Made by a program: the position numbers and the translations under genes. From NCBI GenBank assembly GCA_963848135.1, contig CAWKCK010000002.1, positions 573,684 through 637,683 on the forward strand: DNA of 64,000 nucleotides, written 5' to 3'. The stretch is from an uncultured delta proteobacterium. GTDB lineage: Bacteria > Desulfobacterota > Desulfobacteria > Desulfobacterales > SG8-13. Positions 42,436-52,515 of the stretch are shown here, in pieces (position 1 is the first letter of the stretch; the number at the start of each line of letters is the position of its first letter). Below the pieces are notes generated by a model that worked only from the letters and a program-made list of their open reading frames with translations, was not told where the DNA came from and ran no database searches.

Positions 42436-42540
42436 ATGCTTACGCTCCGCCCCATATTCAACCTTATCAGTCTTATTATTATCCTCGCAGGAGGGATTCT
42501 TCTCTGCTGCGAGGACAGGGGCTTGATAATGGCAGCGTAA
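42436..42540 (+). CDS. ilv operon attenuator leader peptide (Leu/Ile-rich, 34 aa)
   Basis: MLTLRPIFNLISLIIILAGGILLCCEDRGLIMAA*; overlaps an antiterminator arm and precedes a terminator. Confidence 0.8.
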   Translation: MLTLRPIFNLISLIIILAGGILLCCEDRGLIMAA

Positions 42541-42560
42541 CCAAACCGCAAAAAAAAGTC

Positions 42561-42601
42561 AAAATCCGTTATCAGCCCCTTGGCGATAACGGATTTTTTT
42601 T
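42561..42601 (+). terminator. Attenuator terminator upstream of ilvB
   Basis: AAAATCCGTTATC-AGCCCCTTGGC-GATAACGGATTTTTTTT. The 5' arm can alternatively pair with AGGGGCTTGATAATGG in the leader ORF. Confidence 0.85.
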
Positions 42602-42673
42602 CTTAATTTTTCACTGTCAAACCAGCACCCGAATCTCGGATGCAGGAAACCATCTGGAAAGGAAAGAACCGCC

Positions 42674-44359
42674 ATGCAATTGACCGGAGCCCAGATATTG
42701 ATGAAAGTCTTGCAGGCAGAGGGGGTGGATATCATTTTTGGATATCCCGGTGGTGCTGTGATCGACATCTACGATGAATTGATGAAATCGGGTATCCGCC
42801 ATGTCCTGGTCCGCCACGAACAGGGGGCCGTCCATGCTGCCGACGGTTACGCCCGCGCTTCCGGCAGGGTCGGTGTCTGCCTGGTGACATCCGGACCGGG
42901 TGCGACGAACACCGTCACCGGCATTGCGTCCGCTTACATGGATTCTATTCCGGTTGTGGTTATCAGTGGGCAAGTCCCCACCCACCTGATCGGCAATGAC
43001 GCGTTTCAGGAAGTCGATATTGTCGGCATCACCCGCCCGTGCACGAAGCACAACTACCTGGTCAAACGGGTTGAGGACCTTGATAGAACCGTGAGAGAGG
43101 CCTTTCACATCGCCCGCTCGGGTCGACCGGGTCCTGTTCTGGTTGATCTTCCCAAGGACATTGCCAACATCCGCACGGAGTATGGCGAACAAATGCCGGT
43201 TCATCTCAAGTCTTACAACCCAACGTACACTCCCAACAAAAAACAGCTAAAGAAAGTCGCCGATCTGATCGAATCAGCCAAGCGACCGGTGATTTTCGCC
43301 GGTGGCGGTATTATTCTCTCAAAGGCCGCTCACGAACTGACGACCTTCGCCCGCAAGACAAAAATGCCCGTTACGACCTCGCTGATGGGCCTTGGCGGAT
43401 TTCCGGCCACCGACCCCTTATGGCTTGGTATGATCGGCATGCACGGCACCTATCGGGCAAACATGAGTATCGGCGCCTGTGATCTATTGATTTCCATCGG
43501 GGTCCGATTTGACGATCGCGTGACAGGCAAGACGGATGCCTTTGCCCCGAAGGCCAAAATCGTGCACATCGACATCGATCCAACTTCAATCCGCAAAAAC
43601 ATTCCAGTAACCATACCGGTCGTCGGCGACTGTAAATCCAGCTTGGATCACCTGAACCATCTGATCGAAAATGCGGATGTGACAGATCTAGACGCCCGGC
43701 GCCGAAAGTGGTTGGGCCAGATTGAAGAATGGAAGAACACCAACCCGTTGGCCTATGAACAGAAAGATACCATCAAACCCCAATTTGTGGTCGATAAACT
43801 GTACGAACTCACAGAAGGTAAAGCCATCATCACAACCGAGGTCGGACAGAACCAGATGTGGGCGGCACAATACTATCACTTCGATCAACCGAATCATTTC
43901 ATTACCTCCGGGGGACTGGGGTGCATGGGTTTCGGTCTGCCGGCCGCCATCGGCGCTCAGATGGCCTGCCCTGACAAGCTAGTGGTCGATGTGGCCGGCG
44001 ACGGAAGCATTCAAATGAATATCCAGGAAATGGCCACGGCCGTCCAATATTGCCTGCCAATCAAGATCGTCATATTGAATAACGGTTATCTGGGGATGGT
44101 CCGTCAATGGCAGGAGCTTTTTTACGATAAGCGCTATGCCTGCACGTGCATGGATCACGCCCCGGATTTCGTCAAACTGGCCGAAGCCTTCGGCGCTGTC
44201 GGATTGAGAGCGAGCCGCCCGGATGAAGTTGAGAAGGTGCTGAAGGAAGGACTGGCAATTGCAAAACCGGTCATCATGGACTTTGTGGTCGAAAAAGAAG
44301 AAAGTGTGTATCCGATGGTACCAGCCGGCGCCCCGATCACTGAAATGCTGCTGGTATAA
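42674..44359 (+). CDS. ilvB: Acetolactate synthase large subunit
   Basis: FGYPGG, RHEQGA, TSGPGATN, GDGSIQMN...NNGYLGMVRQWQ. Confidence 0.97.
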   Translation: MQLTGAQILMKVLQAEGVDIIFGYPGGAVIDIYDELMKSGIRHVLVRHEQGAVHAADGYARASGRVGVCLVTSGPGATNTVTGIASAYMDSIPVVVISGQVPTHLIGNDAFQEVDIVGITRPCTKHNYLVKRVEDLDRTVREAFHIARSGRPGPVLVDLPKDIANIRTEYGEQMPVHLKSYNPTYTPNKKQLKKVADLIESAKRPVIFAGGGIILSKAAHELTTFARKTKMPVTTSLMGLGGFPATDPLWLGMIGMHGTYRANMSIGACDLLISIGVRFDDRVTGKTDAFAPKAKIVHIDIDPTSIRKNIPVTIPVVGDCKSSLDHLNHLIENADVTDLDARRRKWLGQIEEWKNTNPLAYEQKDTIKPQFVVDKLYELTEGKAIITTEVGQNQMWAAQYYHFDQPNHFITSGGLGCMGFGLPAAIGAQMACPDKLVVDVAGDGSIQMNIQEMATAVQYCLPIKIVILNNGYLGMVRQWQELFYDKRYACTCMDHAPDFVKLAEAFGAVGLRASRPDEVEKVLKEGLAIAKPVIMDFVVEKEESVYPMVPAGAPITEMLLV

Positions 44360-44490
44360 CAGGAGTAAAGCCGGCTTTTTAAGGCGTTGACTGTTCACAA
44401 TCCGGATCGCCTGCCGGGCATGGATCTTGTCGATCATTACACGGACCTGTCGGTAAAATTGTATGTGAGTGTCAAAAGTCAGGGAGAACT

Positions 44491-44979
44491 ATGAAGGAAG
44501 AAAAGCACGTTTTTACCATGCTGGTCGACAACGAGCCGGGGGTACTCTCACGGGTGGTCGGGCTTTTCAGTGGACGCGGATTCAATATTGACAGCCTGGT
44601 AGTGGCCGAGACCATGGATCCCAAGGTGTCACGCATCACGATATTGACCAAGGCCGACAAGCTCGTGCTTGAACAGATCGAAAAACAGTTAAATAAGCTC
44701 ATCAACGTGATTAAAATACGCGACGTCACCGGTCCCGAGGCCGTAAAAAGGGAGATGGTCCTCATCTGCGTCAAGGCCAAATCCGAACACCGCGCTGAAA
44801 TCCTGCGGATCGTTGACATCTTCCGCTGCAAAGTCGTCGATGTCGGCCTGGAGCACTATATTATCGAGGTTACCGGTGACGAGGGAAAGATAACGGCGCT
44901 TCTCAACCTGCTGAAGCCGATGGGAATAAAAAAGATTGCCCGTACCGGACCGTTGGCTCTGATTCGGGAGCCGAACTGA
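44491..44979 (+). CDS. ilvN: Acetolactate synthase small (regulatory) subunit
   Basis: NEPGVLSRVVGLFSGRGFNIDSL, KQLNKLI, ARTG. Confidence 0.96.
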   Translation: MKEEKHVFTMLVDNEPGVLSRVVGLFSGRGFNIDSLVVAETMDPKVSRITILTKADKLVLEQIEKQLNKLINVIKIRDVTGPEAVKREMVLICVKAKSEHRAEILRIVDIFRCKVVDVGLEHYIIEVTGDEGKITALLNLLKPMGIKKIARTGPLALIREPN

Positions 44980-45105
44980 GGCACTCACTTCCACCTGCAG
45001 AATAGGTTCTCTGCGACCGGACAGTGAAGTACGCTCCCATTCTCATTAAGATTAAAAGCGTTCGATTCAAACAAAATATTTAACCAACATAACAGAGAGG
45101 TTAAA

Positions 45106-46158
45106 ATGGCACAGATTGATTTTGGTGGTACCGTGGAAGAAGTGATAACTTCTGATGAATTTTCACTCCAAAAGGCCAGGGAAGTCCTGAAAGATGAAAC
45201 TGTGGCTGTTCTTGGTTACGGGGTCCAGGGCCCAGGCCAGGCCTTGAATATGAGGGACAACGGCATTCGGGTGATCATCGGCCAGCGGGAGAACAGCAAT
45301 TCCTGGGACCGTGCCGTGGCAGACGGATTTGTCCCTGGTGAAACCCTGTTTCCGTTGGAAGAAGCCGCCCGCAAAGGGACTGTAGTCCAGTTCCTTCTAT
45401 CCGACGCCGGCCAGATGCAGACCTGGGATAAAATAAAAGCCTGCCTGAACCCGGGCGATGCACTGTGCTTCTCCCATGGATTCTCTATTGTTTACAAAGA
45501 CCAGACCGGTATCGTTGCACCCGAGAACGTGGATGTCATCCTGGCTGCACCCAAGGGGTCCGGCCGCACAGTACGCACCAATTTTCTCGACGGTAGCGGC
45601 ATCAATTCCAGTTTTGCCATTTTTCAGGATTTTACCGGCCGAGCTAAAGAACGGACACTGGCACTGGGGATCGCCATCGGCTCCGGATATCTTTTTCCCA
45701 CCACTTTCGAGAATGAGGTCTTCAGCGATTTGACCGGTGAACGTGGGGTGTTGATGGGCTGTTTGGCCGGAACGATGGAAGCCCAGTACAACCTGCTGCG
45801 CAAGCACGGACACAGCCCCAGCGAGGCCTTCAACGAAACCGTCGAAGAGCTGACCCAGAGTCTGATCCGGTTGGTGGCCGAAAACGGAATGGACTGGATG
45901 TTCGGTAATTGCAGTACCACGGCCCAGAGAGGCGCCCTGGATTGGGCCCCTAAATTCAGGGATGCGGTGGCCCCGTTGTTCGATGAACTTTACGATAATG
46001 TCATAAGCGGCAAGGAAACCCGGCGCGTTCTCGAGGTCAATAGCGCACCGGATTACAGAGAACGTCTGCAGAAAGAGTTGGACGCCATTCATGAGTCCGA
46101 AATGTGGCGTGCTGGTGCTGCCGTACGTTCCCTGCGACCAGAAAACAGACGCCGGTAA
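45106..46158 (+). CDS. ilvC: Ketol-acid reductoisomerase
   Basis: GYGVQG, FSHGF, APKG, SDLTGERGVLMG, CSTTAQRG. Confidence 0.96.
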   Translation: MAQIDFGGTVEEVITSDEFSLQKAREVLKDETVAVLGYGVQGPGQALNMRDNGIRVIIGQRENSNSWDRAVADGFVPGETLFPLEEAARKGTVVQFLLSDAGQMQTWDKIKACLNPGDALCFSHGFSIVYKDQTGIVAPENVDVILAAPKGSGRTVRTNFLDGSGINSSFAIFQDFTGRAKERTLALGIAIGSGYLFPTTFENEVFSDLTGERGVLMGCLAGTMEAQYNLLRKHGHSPSEAFNETVEELTQSLIRLVAENGMDWMFGNCSTTAQRGALDWAPKFRDAVAPLFDELYDNVISGKETRRVLEVNSAPDYRERLQKELDAIHESEMWRAGAAVRSLRPENRRR

Positions 46159-46287
46159 CGCACGAATTCCGGCTGTCGGCAGCCCGTTTCTTCAAATTAC
46201 CCATCCGGCGCATGGACAGCCGGAACTTTCCGGGTATCGATTTGAAGATCGCTGCACCCCATGGAAGATGGAAGATTGGAGTTTGTC

Positions 46288-47946
46288 ATGCCACCCATAA
46301 TCTTGTACGACACGACCCTGAGAGACGGTACTCAAGGAGAAAACATTAATTTTTCGGCCGAAGAAAAATTAAAAATCGCCAAGCGGCTCGACGATATTGG
46401 CATTCACTATATCGAAGGGGGATGGCCCGGCTCCAACCCAAGAGACAAAAAGTTTTTCGAAATCGCCGAACCAAAAGACTTCCGTAACGCGCGACTCACC
46501 GCGTTCGGATCGACACGCCGACCCGGCATCGCTCCGCAAAATGACGCCAACGTGTCGGCCCTGATCGAAAGCGGCACGCCAGTTGTTACCATATTCGGGA
46601 AAACCTGGGACATGCATGTTGAACAGATCATGGACAACACTCTCGAAGAAAATCTCGCCATGATCAATGATACCGTTGCCTATCTGAAGACCACGGGATG
46701 TGAAGTGATTTACGATGCCGAGCATTTTTTCGACGGTTACCGAGGAAACCCCGAATACGCCATGGAGACCCTGTATGCGGCCCTGGATGCCGGTGCAGAC
46801 GCACTGGTTCTCTGCGACACGAATGGTGGCACCCTCCCCTTCGACGTCGATACAGCCACACGTTCGGTCTGCCAGGCCGTGAAGACCCATCAGGAGCCTG
46901 ATAGAGATGCCTCTCCGGTTACAATCGGCATCCACACCCACAATGACTGTGGCCTGGCCGTGGCCAACACCATTACCGCCGTACGCGCCGGCGCAACCAT
47001 GGTGCAGGGAACGATCAACGGTTATGGCGAGAGATGTGGCAACGCCGATCTGAATTCCATTATTCCGATCCTGTGTCTCAAAATGCAGTTGAAATGCATG
47101 TCGCCGGAAAACCTCGCCAAGCTCAAATCAATTTGCCGCTTCGTAAGCGAAACTGCCAACCTGGTCCCGCTCAACACGCGTCCTTTCGTGGGCAAGAGCG
47201 CCTTTGCCCACAAGGGGGGCATTCACGTCAGTGCCATCATGAAGTTGCCTCGGGCCTATGAACACATAGACCCGACCCTGGTGGGAAACCACCGACGCGT
47301 GCTGGTATCCGACCTCTCGGGAAAAAGCAATGTCGTATACAAAGCGAAAGAGCTCGGTATCGATTTGAACGCCAATGGAAGCGACAGTCGGCAGATCGTG
47401 ACCCGAATCAAGGACCTCGAGGAACAGGGATATCAGTTCGACGTGGCCGACGGCTCATTCAAAATCTTGCTGGAAAAATTCACCGAACAGTTCAAACCCT
47501 ACTTCGAGTTGGAGTCGTTCCGGGTTTCCATCGAGAAAGATCGGGACTTGCCCTGCAGTGCCCAAGCAACGATAAAGATATCCGTCGATGGGCGCCAGGA
47601 AATCACCGCTGCCGAAGGGAGCGGTCCAGTCAGCGCCCTTGACAACGCCCTGCGCAAGGCGCTCGACCGGTTTTTCCCGGATCTGAATGCCATGCGGTTG
47701 GTCGACTTCAAGGTACGCGTCATCGACGGCCGCGATGGCACGGCGGCCAAGGTCCGTGTCTTCATCGAGTCCCGGGACCAAGACGACCTGTGGAGCACCA
47801 TCGGTGTCTCCGAAGACATTATCGAGGCCAGCTGGCAAGCACTGGCGGACAGCTTCCAATACAAGCTTGCTAAAGCAAAAGAAAGTCATTCTGGTGCGGA
47901 GACCAATGATGCCGTCCGGAAGGTTGTGGGCTTAAGGACAATTTAG
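46288..47946 (+). CDS. cimA: Citramalate synthase
   Basis: YDTTLRDGTQGE, EGGWPGSNP, YDAEHFFDG, AFAHKGGIH; ATG 46288 after GGAG. Confidence 0.9.
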   Translation: MPPIILYDTTLRDGTQGENINFSAEEKLKIAKRLDDIGIHYIEGGWPGSNPRDKKFFEIAEPKDFRNARLTAFGSTRRPGIAPQNDANVSALIESGTPVVTIFGKTWDMHVEQIMDNTLEENLAMINDTVAYLKTTGCEVIYDAEHFFDGYRGNPEYAMETLYAALDAGADALVLCDTNGGTLPFDVDTATRSVCQAVKTHQEPDRDASPVTIGIHTHNDCGLAVANTITAVRAGATMVQGTINGYGERCGNADLNSIIPILCLKMQLKCMSPENLAKLKSICRFVSETANLVPLNTRPFVGKSAFAHKGGIHVSAIMKLPRAYEHIDPTLVGNHRRVLVSDLSGKSNVVYKAKELGIDLNANGSDSRQIVTRIKDLEEQGYQFDVADGSFKILLEKFTEQFKPYFELESFRVSIEKDRDLPCSAQATIKISVDGRQEITAAEGSGPVSALDNALRKALDRFFPDLNAMRLVDFKVRVIDGRDGTAAKVRVFIESRDQDDLWSTIGVSEDIIEASWQALADSFQYKLAKAKESHSGAETNDAVRKVVGLRTI

Positions 47947-47995
47947 CGACCAGGCCGGAAACAAAAGGCCTATCCAGTTAAATAGGAGTTATAAA

Positions 47996-48085
47996 ATGAA
48001 TGAAGGTGCCTACGCCGCAGGACAATTGCCCGATCCCGTCCTGCGGCCCATGCTCGGCCATATTTTTTCTCACCCGTCCTATTAG
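47996..48085 (+). CDS. Candidate small ORF/leader peptide upstream of leuA (29 aa)
   Basis: AGGAG 7 nt before ATG; MNEGAYAAGQLPDPVLRPMLGHIFSHPSY*. Confidence 0.45.
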   Translation: MNEGAYAAGQLPDPVLRPMLGHIFSHPSY

Positions 48086-48151
48086 AACGTTAAATGAGGG
48101 CGCTCGACCAGCCAAATATAGCCCGGCACCCTGCCTAAAAGGAGAAAAGAT

Positions 48152-49702
48152 ATGAGTACGAATGATAAAGTCATTATATTTGACACCACGTTGAGAGACG
48201 GCGAACAATCGCCCGGTGCCAGCATGAACGCGGCCGAAAAGCTCCGACTGGCGATTCAGTTGGAAAAATTGGGGGTCGATGTCCTGGAGGCCGGATTTCC
48301 TGCAGCCTCCGATGGCGACCTTGAGGCTGTGGCCCAAATCGCCGGCCGATTGAAAAAAACCGAGGTGACCGGTTTGGCCCGGACCTCGCGATCCGATATC
48401 GACCGGGCCTGGAAGGCCATCCAGCATGCCGTGAAACCCCGCATCCATACATTTATTGCCACTTCCGACATTCACCTCAAGTACAAATTGAAAATGACCC
48501 GGGACGAAGTCATTGAGAGGGCTGTAGATGCGGTAAAGTATGCCAAGTCGTTTACCGACAACGTCGAATTTTCGGCCGAGGATGGCTCCCGCAGCGACCG
48601 CGATTATCTTTGCCGGGTCTTTGAAGCCGCCATCGCGGCCGGCGCCACCACCGTCAACCTACCTGACACCGTTGGTTATGCCGTCCCGGAAGAGTACGCC
48701 GACATGGTACGCTATATTATGGACCACACGCCCAACATCGGTAAGGCTGTCCTGAGCGTGCACTGTCACGACGATCTCGGCCTGGCCACGGCCAACACCA
48801 TCGCGGCCATCCGCGCCGGTGCCCGGCAAGCCGAGGTGACCATTAATGGCATCGGTGAACGCGCCGGCAACACGTCCCTGGAAGAGGTTGTCATGGCGTT
48901 GCACACCCGCAGCAATTATCTACCCATCAGTTCCAACATCAGGACCGAGTTCATCCACCCGACCAGCCGACTGGTGAGCATGATCACGGGCATCATCGTG
49001 CAACCCAACAAGGCCATTGTCGGCGCCAATGCGTTTGCCCACGAGGCCGGGATCCACCAGGACGGCGTGCTCAAAAACCCCATGACCTACGAGATCATGC
49101 GGCCGGAAACGATCGGTTTGAGTACCAACAAGCTGGTACTGGGCAAGCACTCCGGCCGCCATGCCCTGCGGGATCACTTGAAAGACCTGGGATACGATCT
49201 TTCGGATGAAGAACTGAACCTGATTTTCAGGAAATTCAAGGAGCTGGCCGACAAGAAGAAACACGTGGTGGACGAGGATCTGGAGGTGTTGGTCACCGAA
49301 GGAATTCTGCGGACCAAGGACATCTTCCGGTTGGAATACCTGCACGTCACCTGCGGAACGACCGTGCTGCCCATGGCCAGCGTCAAGCTGTCGATAAACG
49401 GCCGCAGTGTCAAGGGCGCCGGCTACGGCAACGGGCCGATCGATTCAGCTTACAACACCATCGCCAAGCTGACCGGCACCGACTCGGAACTGCTGCGCTT
49501 CACCGTGGGCGCATTAACCGGCGGCACGGACGCCCAGGGCGAAGTGACGGTCCGGTTGCGCGAAAACGGCCTCGTGTCACTTGGCAAAGGGGCCGACCCG
49601 GACATCATCACCGCCGCCGCCAAGGCCTACATCAACGGCCTCAACCGGTTGGAATACCTCAAGGCCAACCCGGTGACCGAACCGACGGCTGTAGCGGTGT
49701 AA
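48152..49702 (+). CDS. leuA: 2-isopropylmalate synthase
   Basis: FDTTLRDGEQSPG, HCHDDLG, GERAGN, AHEAGIHQDG, regulatory domain GNGPID. Confidence 0.96.
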   Translation: MSTNDKVIIFDTTLRDGEQSPGASMNAAEKLRLAIQLEKLGVDVLEAGFPAASDGDLEAVAQIAGRLKKTEVTGLARTSRSDIDRAWKAIQHAVKPRIHTFIATSDIHLKYKLKMTRDEVIERAVDAVKYAKSFTDNVEFSAEDGSRSDRDYLCRVFEAAIAAGATTVNLPDTVGYAVPEEYADMVRYIMDHTPNIGKAVLSVHCHDDLGLATANTIAAIRAGARQAEVTINGIGERAGNTSLEEVVMALHTRSNYLPISSNIRTEFIHPTSRLVSMITGIIVQPNKAIVGANAFAHEAGIHQDGVLKNPMTYEIMRPETIGLSTNKLVLGKHSGRHALRDHLKDLGYDLSDEELNLIFRKFKELADKKKHVVDEDLEVLVTEGILRTKDIFRLEYLHVTCGTTVLPMASVKLSINGRSVKGAGYGNGPIDSAYNTIAKLTGTDSELLRFTVGALTGGTDAQGEVTVRLRENGLVSLGKGADPDIITAAAKAYINGLNRLEYLKANPVTEPTAVAV

Positions 49703-49828
49703 TTCAACATCAGTGCCGGGATTTTAATCAATAAGTACATCGCATATTTCGGGTGATTGCATCACGCACACATATACTTACCATGTAAGATAGATTTAAC
49801 TTTCTAACACTAATATTCATGTAGAAGC

Positions 49829-49859
49829 AAAACTGCCCGGCTTTGAAAGCCGGGCAGTT
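49829..49859. terminator. Hairpin terminator between convergent leuA and diheme gene
   Basis: AAAACTGCCCGGCTTT-G-AAAGCCGGGCAGTT perfect inverted repeat. Confidence 0.75.
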
Positions 49860-49901
49860 CTTATTCATGAGTTGCTAACTACATAATTGGAAACAACTTA
49901 T

Positions 49902-51221
49902 CTAAGGCATTGGCGGAAAAGCGGCCTCGCTAAATACTGAAGGATATGCGAATAAATCCCTATCGCTCAACGTTTTCAAGAAAGCAACAAGCTGTGCCTC
50001 CTGTTTAGCCTTTAGCTTTAGATTCCCTAATTCAGCGACATTCACATTTGCCGGAACTTCGGGTGCCGGCCAGCAAGTAACGCCAAATCCAGGATCTTTA
50101 TTGTCTACACAGACGCCCAACACATCCCGTGTATTGTAAAAATGAACAATTTGTTCAAGTGTCTGAAAAACGCCGTTATGAGCATAGGGGGCGGTCAGTT
50201 CGATGTTCCTTAGCGTCATCACCTTGAATTTACCATCTTGAAGAGGATCATTTAGCACCCCTCCTAAACCGAAATCAAGCGCCTGAGGACCAGCAAGATC
50301 TGCGATGTATAGATTCGTTGGCACACCCAAATTGTCATACGTGAAATCCGTGAAGAGTGGTGGCATTGCTCCCCCGTCGGGTGCAATGGCTGCTTGGCTG
50401 ATGTGGCACAGTGCGCACTTCCCTTTGCCTTCAAATAGCTTGAGGCCCTTTAGTTCATCTTTTGTGAAAGGACCATCGGGATCTGGCAATCCAGCAAGGT
50501 AATAATCGTACCTTGAATTAAATTTATTGAACCGTTGGGTTTTTTCAAATTCACCAATTGCTTTGGCCATCAAGTCGTAAGCCTCTAATACGGCCTGATT
50601 TGTTCGGGTATTGACTGCGCTCAAGTTAAAAGGTACTCCTAATTCGTCCTCATATGCTGCTCTAAATAGTCTTTGATAGTCTCGATCAGCTTGTAGAGCT
50701 ATGACTACAGCCTTTTTATCGGCCATAGCCATTTCAACTGGATTCCGAAAAGGCCCTGCCGCCTGTCCCGATAGACTCATTTCACGGCCATCCCAAAATT
50801 GACCGCCGACATAAAGTCCGGCAACTTCATCGAACCTGAATGCGGGACTGAAAGCGGCATAAGCGGAGCTCGGCGTATTGCGCCCGCCAAACAGATTAAG
50901 ATCAGAGCCTTGTGACACTGGCAGAGGAATATCAGCTGGCCAACCTATAAGGGGAATTAGCCCTAGCCTGTCATCCACGAAAGTACCGACCGAATTTGTT
51001 CCAATAGGGTTGGCACTGTGACATGTGTTGCAGGATTGATTTCCATTTATTGATAAATTTGCGTCAAAATATAGTTTTTCACCTAATATTAGCTGCATTC
51101 CTTTATCTGCGACTTCAGTTTCAGCGGTAACTGGAGTCATAAAACCGAATATTAATAATGAAACTGTTATGAGGGCAAAAAATTTTCTTGCCGAAACACA
51201 TCGCGGTAATTTTATTTCCAT
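49902..51221 (-). CDS. Diheme cytochrome c peroxidase/MauG superfamily protein
   Basis: Signal peptide; two CxxCH (CNTCH, CALCH); GRNTPS, QFWDGR, FKVMTLRNI, PYAHNG...FY; AGGAGG RBS. Confidence 0.9.
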   Translation of the reverse strand: MEIKLPRCVSARKFFALITVSLLIFGFMTPVTAETEVADKGMQLILGEKLYFDANLSINGNQSCNTCHSANPIGTNSVGTFVDDRLGLIPLIGWPADIPLPVSQGSDLNLFGGRNTPSSAYAAFSPAFRFDEVAGLYVGGQFWDGREMSLSGQAAGPFRNPVEMAMADKKAVVIALQADRDYQRLFRAAYEDELGVPFNLSAVNTRTNQAVLEAYDLMAKAIGEFEKTQRFNKFNSRYDYYLAGLPDPDGPFTKDELKGLKLFEGKGKCALCHISQAAIAPDGGAMPPLFTDFTYDNLGVPTNLYIADLAGPQALDFGLGGVLNDPLQDGKFKVMTLRNIELTAPYAHNGVFQTLEQIVHFYNTRDVLGVCVDNKDPGFGVTCWPAPEVPANVNVAELGNLKLKAKQEAQLVAFLKTLSDRDLFAYPSVFSEAAFPPMP

Positions 51222-51337
51222 TCTCTCCTCCTTTTATTCTTCTTAAGTAAACGAAATGTTATAAAACTATTCCAATAAATTGAAATTATCACCTCCCTTC
51301 GAAGCACAATAAATCCATACTTAATTAGTATGAAATT

Positions 51338-51379
51338 AAAAGAGCCCCTGAGTGACTATATTCATCTCTCGGGGCTCTT
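51338..51379 (-). terminator. Terminator-like hairpin in the leader of the diheme gene
   Basis: Minus strand AAGAGCCCCGAG...CTCAGGGGCTCTTTT, about 120 nt upstream of the start codon. Confidence 0.55.
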
Positions 51380-51603
51380 GAAGCCATCCTACCGTGTTAA
51401 TCATCCACACTTATAATTACTACAGTTGCTGAAAAATCGGTTAAATGAGATGATCAGAGGACATCTGATCGAATGTAACATCTTAAAAATGAGTCAGCTG
51501 ACATTCAGCTACTCTTATTGATACCAGAGCAATCAGAGTTCGGTTGTCTTATGAATTTCAAACAGGAAAAATTGAGGAACGATTTTGCCTTACCGGAAAA
51601 TAA

Positions 51604-51619
51604 TGCAAATTTCATTCCT
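51604..51619 (-). promoter_or_regulatory. Candidate sigma54 promoter for the diheme gene
   Basis: Minus strand AGGAATGAAATTTGCA has GG-N10-GC with TTGCA; -24 element is divergent. Confidence 0.4.
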
Positions 51620-51981
51620 GTCAAACGGACAGGGCTCAGACATATTTAGAAACAATTACGAGGCGTTAAGTTGCTGCCACTTTGTAGTAAAGTAATATTT
51701 TCCACAGTATTAAGTAGAATAAGTTATATTTATTGGTGAGTAAATTGGGTAAGAAATATATACGGGCGAGTGTAATAAGTGACTGGAGTTTACCGTACGA
51801 CGGGGCTTTTCTATATTTTAGTGATTTACTTAGTAATGCAAATGCCTACATCAATCGTATTTTATCGTTTGACTTGTGGGCTTCAGAACCAACCCGAATA
51901 TTTCATGAAATCTTTTCATCGAGCGATCAAAAAGAAGCCATATCAGGGCATTAGTCAAACAGACTTATTCAGCGGGTTAAT

Positions 51982-52296
51982 TTCATCGCCCATTCGCTGT
52001 GCTCTTTAGAGGCGCAAAGTACGCAGGGAATTATCTTTCTATTCCTTTTCGCTGAGCCCCGCTAAACATACGCGGGATATAAACAAGCGCGAAAAGGAGT
52101 AAACGCCAGCCCTAACGGACAGACATCAATTGTACTTAAATTGCCGAAAGCATGCTGGTTTTCATTTGCCGGAGGCCGGCGCATATTTTTTTAATCCGAT
52201 CGGTCATCCCGCCCTGGCGGGGCGTACCTGCCCCGTAGCTCCGGAAGATGGTATCGGGGTCAGCGGCAAATGGAAAATAGCAAGCTCTGTGGTGAA
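51982..52296. repeat. Nested palindromic (REP/MITE-like) element
   Basis: Imperfect ends TTCATCGC/GTGGTGAA. Internal inverted pairs TCCTTTTCGC (52043)/GCGAAAAGGA (52089) and TTTTCATTTGCCG (52159)/CGGCAAATGGAAAA (52264). Confidence 0.6.
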
Positions 52297-52430
52297 TATA
52301 TTGACAAATTGACAGCAAAGTTTACATCGTTTCCCTCTGAACATATGCGGTCAAACTTATGAACCGTATAGCCGAGGGTCACTTTGTATCTCCTCAAGAT
52401 CTAATAAAAGACCTGAAAAGATTTCACCCT

Positions 52431-52478
52431 AAAAAAAATCGAGAGAACGGGTCTCTCTTCAGAACCGCCCTCTCGATT
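52431..52478 (-). terminator. Terminator after copper storage gene
   Basis: AATCGAGAG...CTCTCGATT stem with A8 tract on + (U-tract on minus). Confidence 0.6.
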
Positions 52479-52515
52479 GAAGTGAAATTGCAAATGTAAT
52501 ATGTGTTGAAATGGT

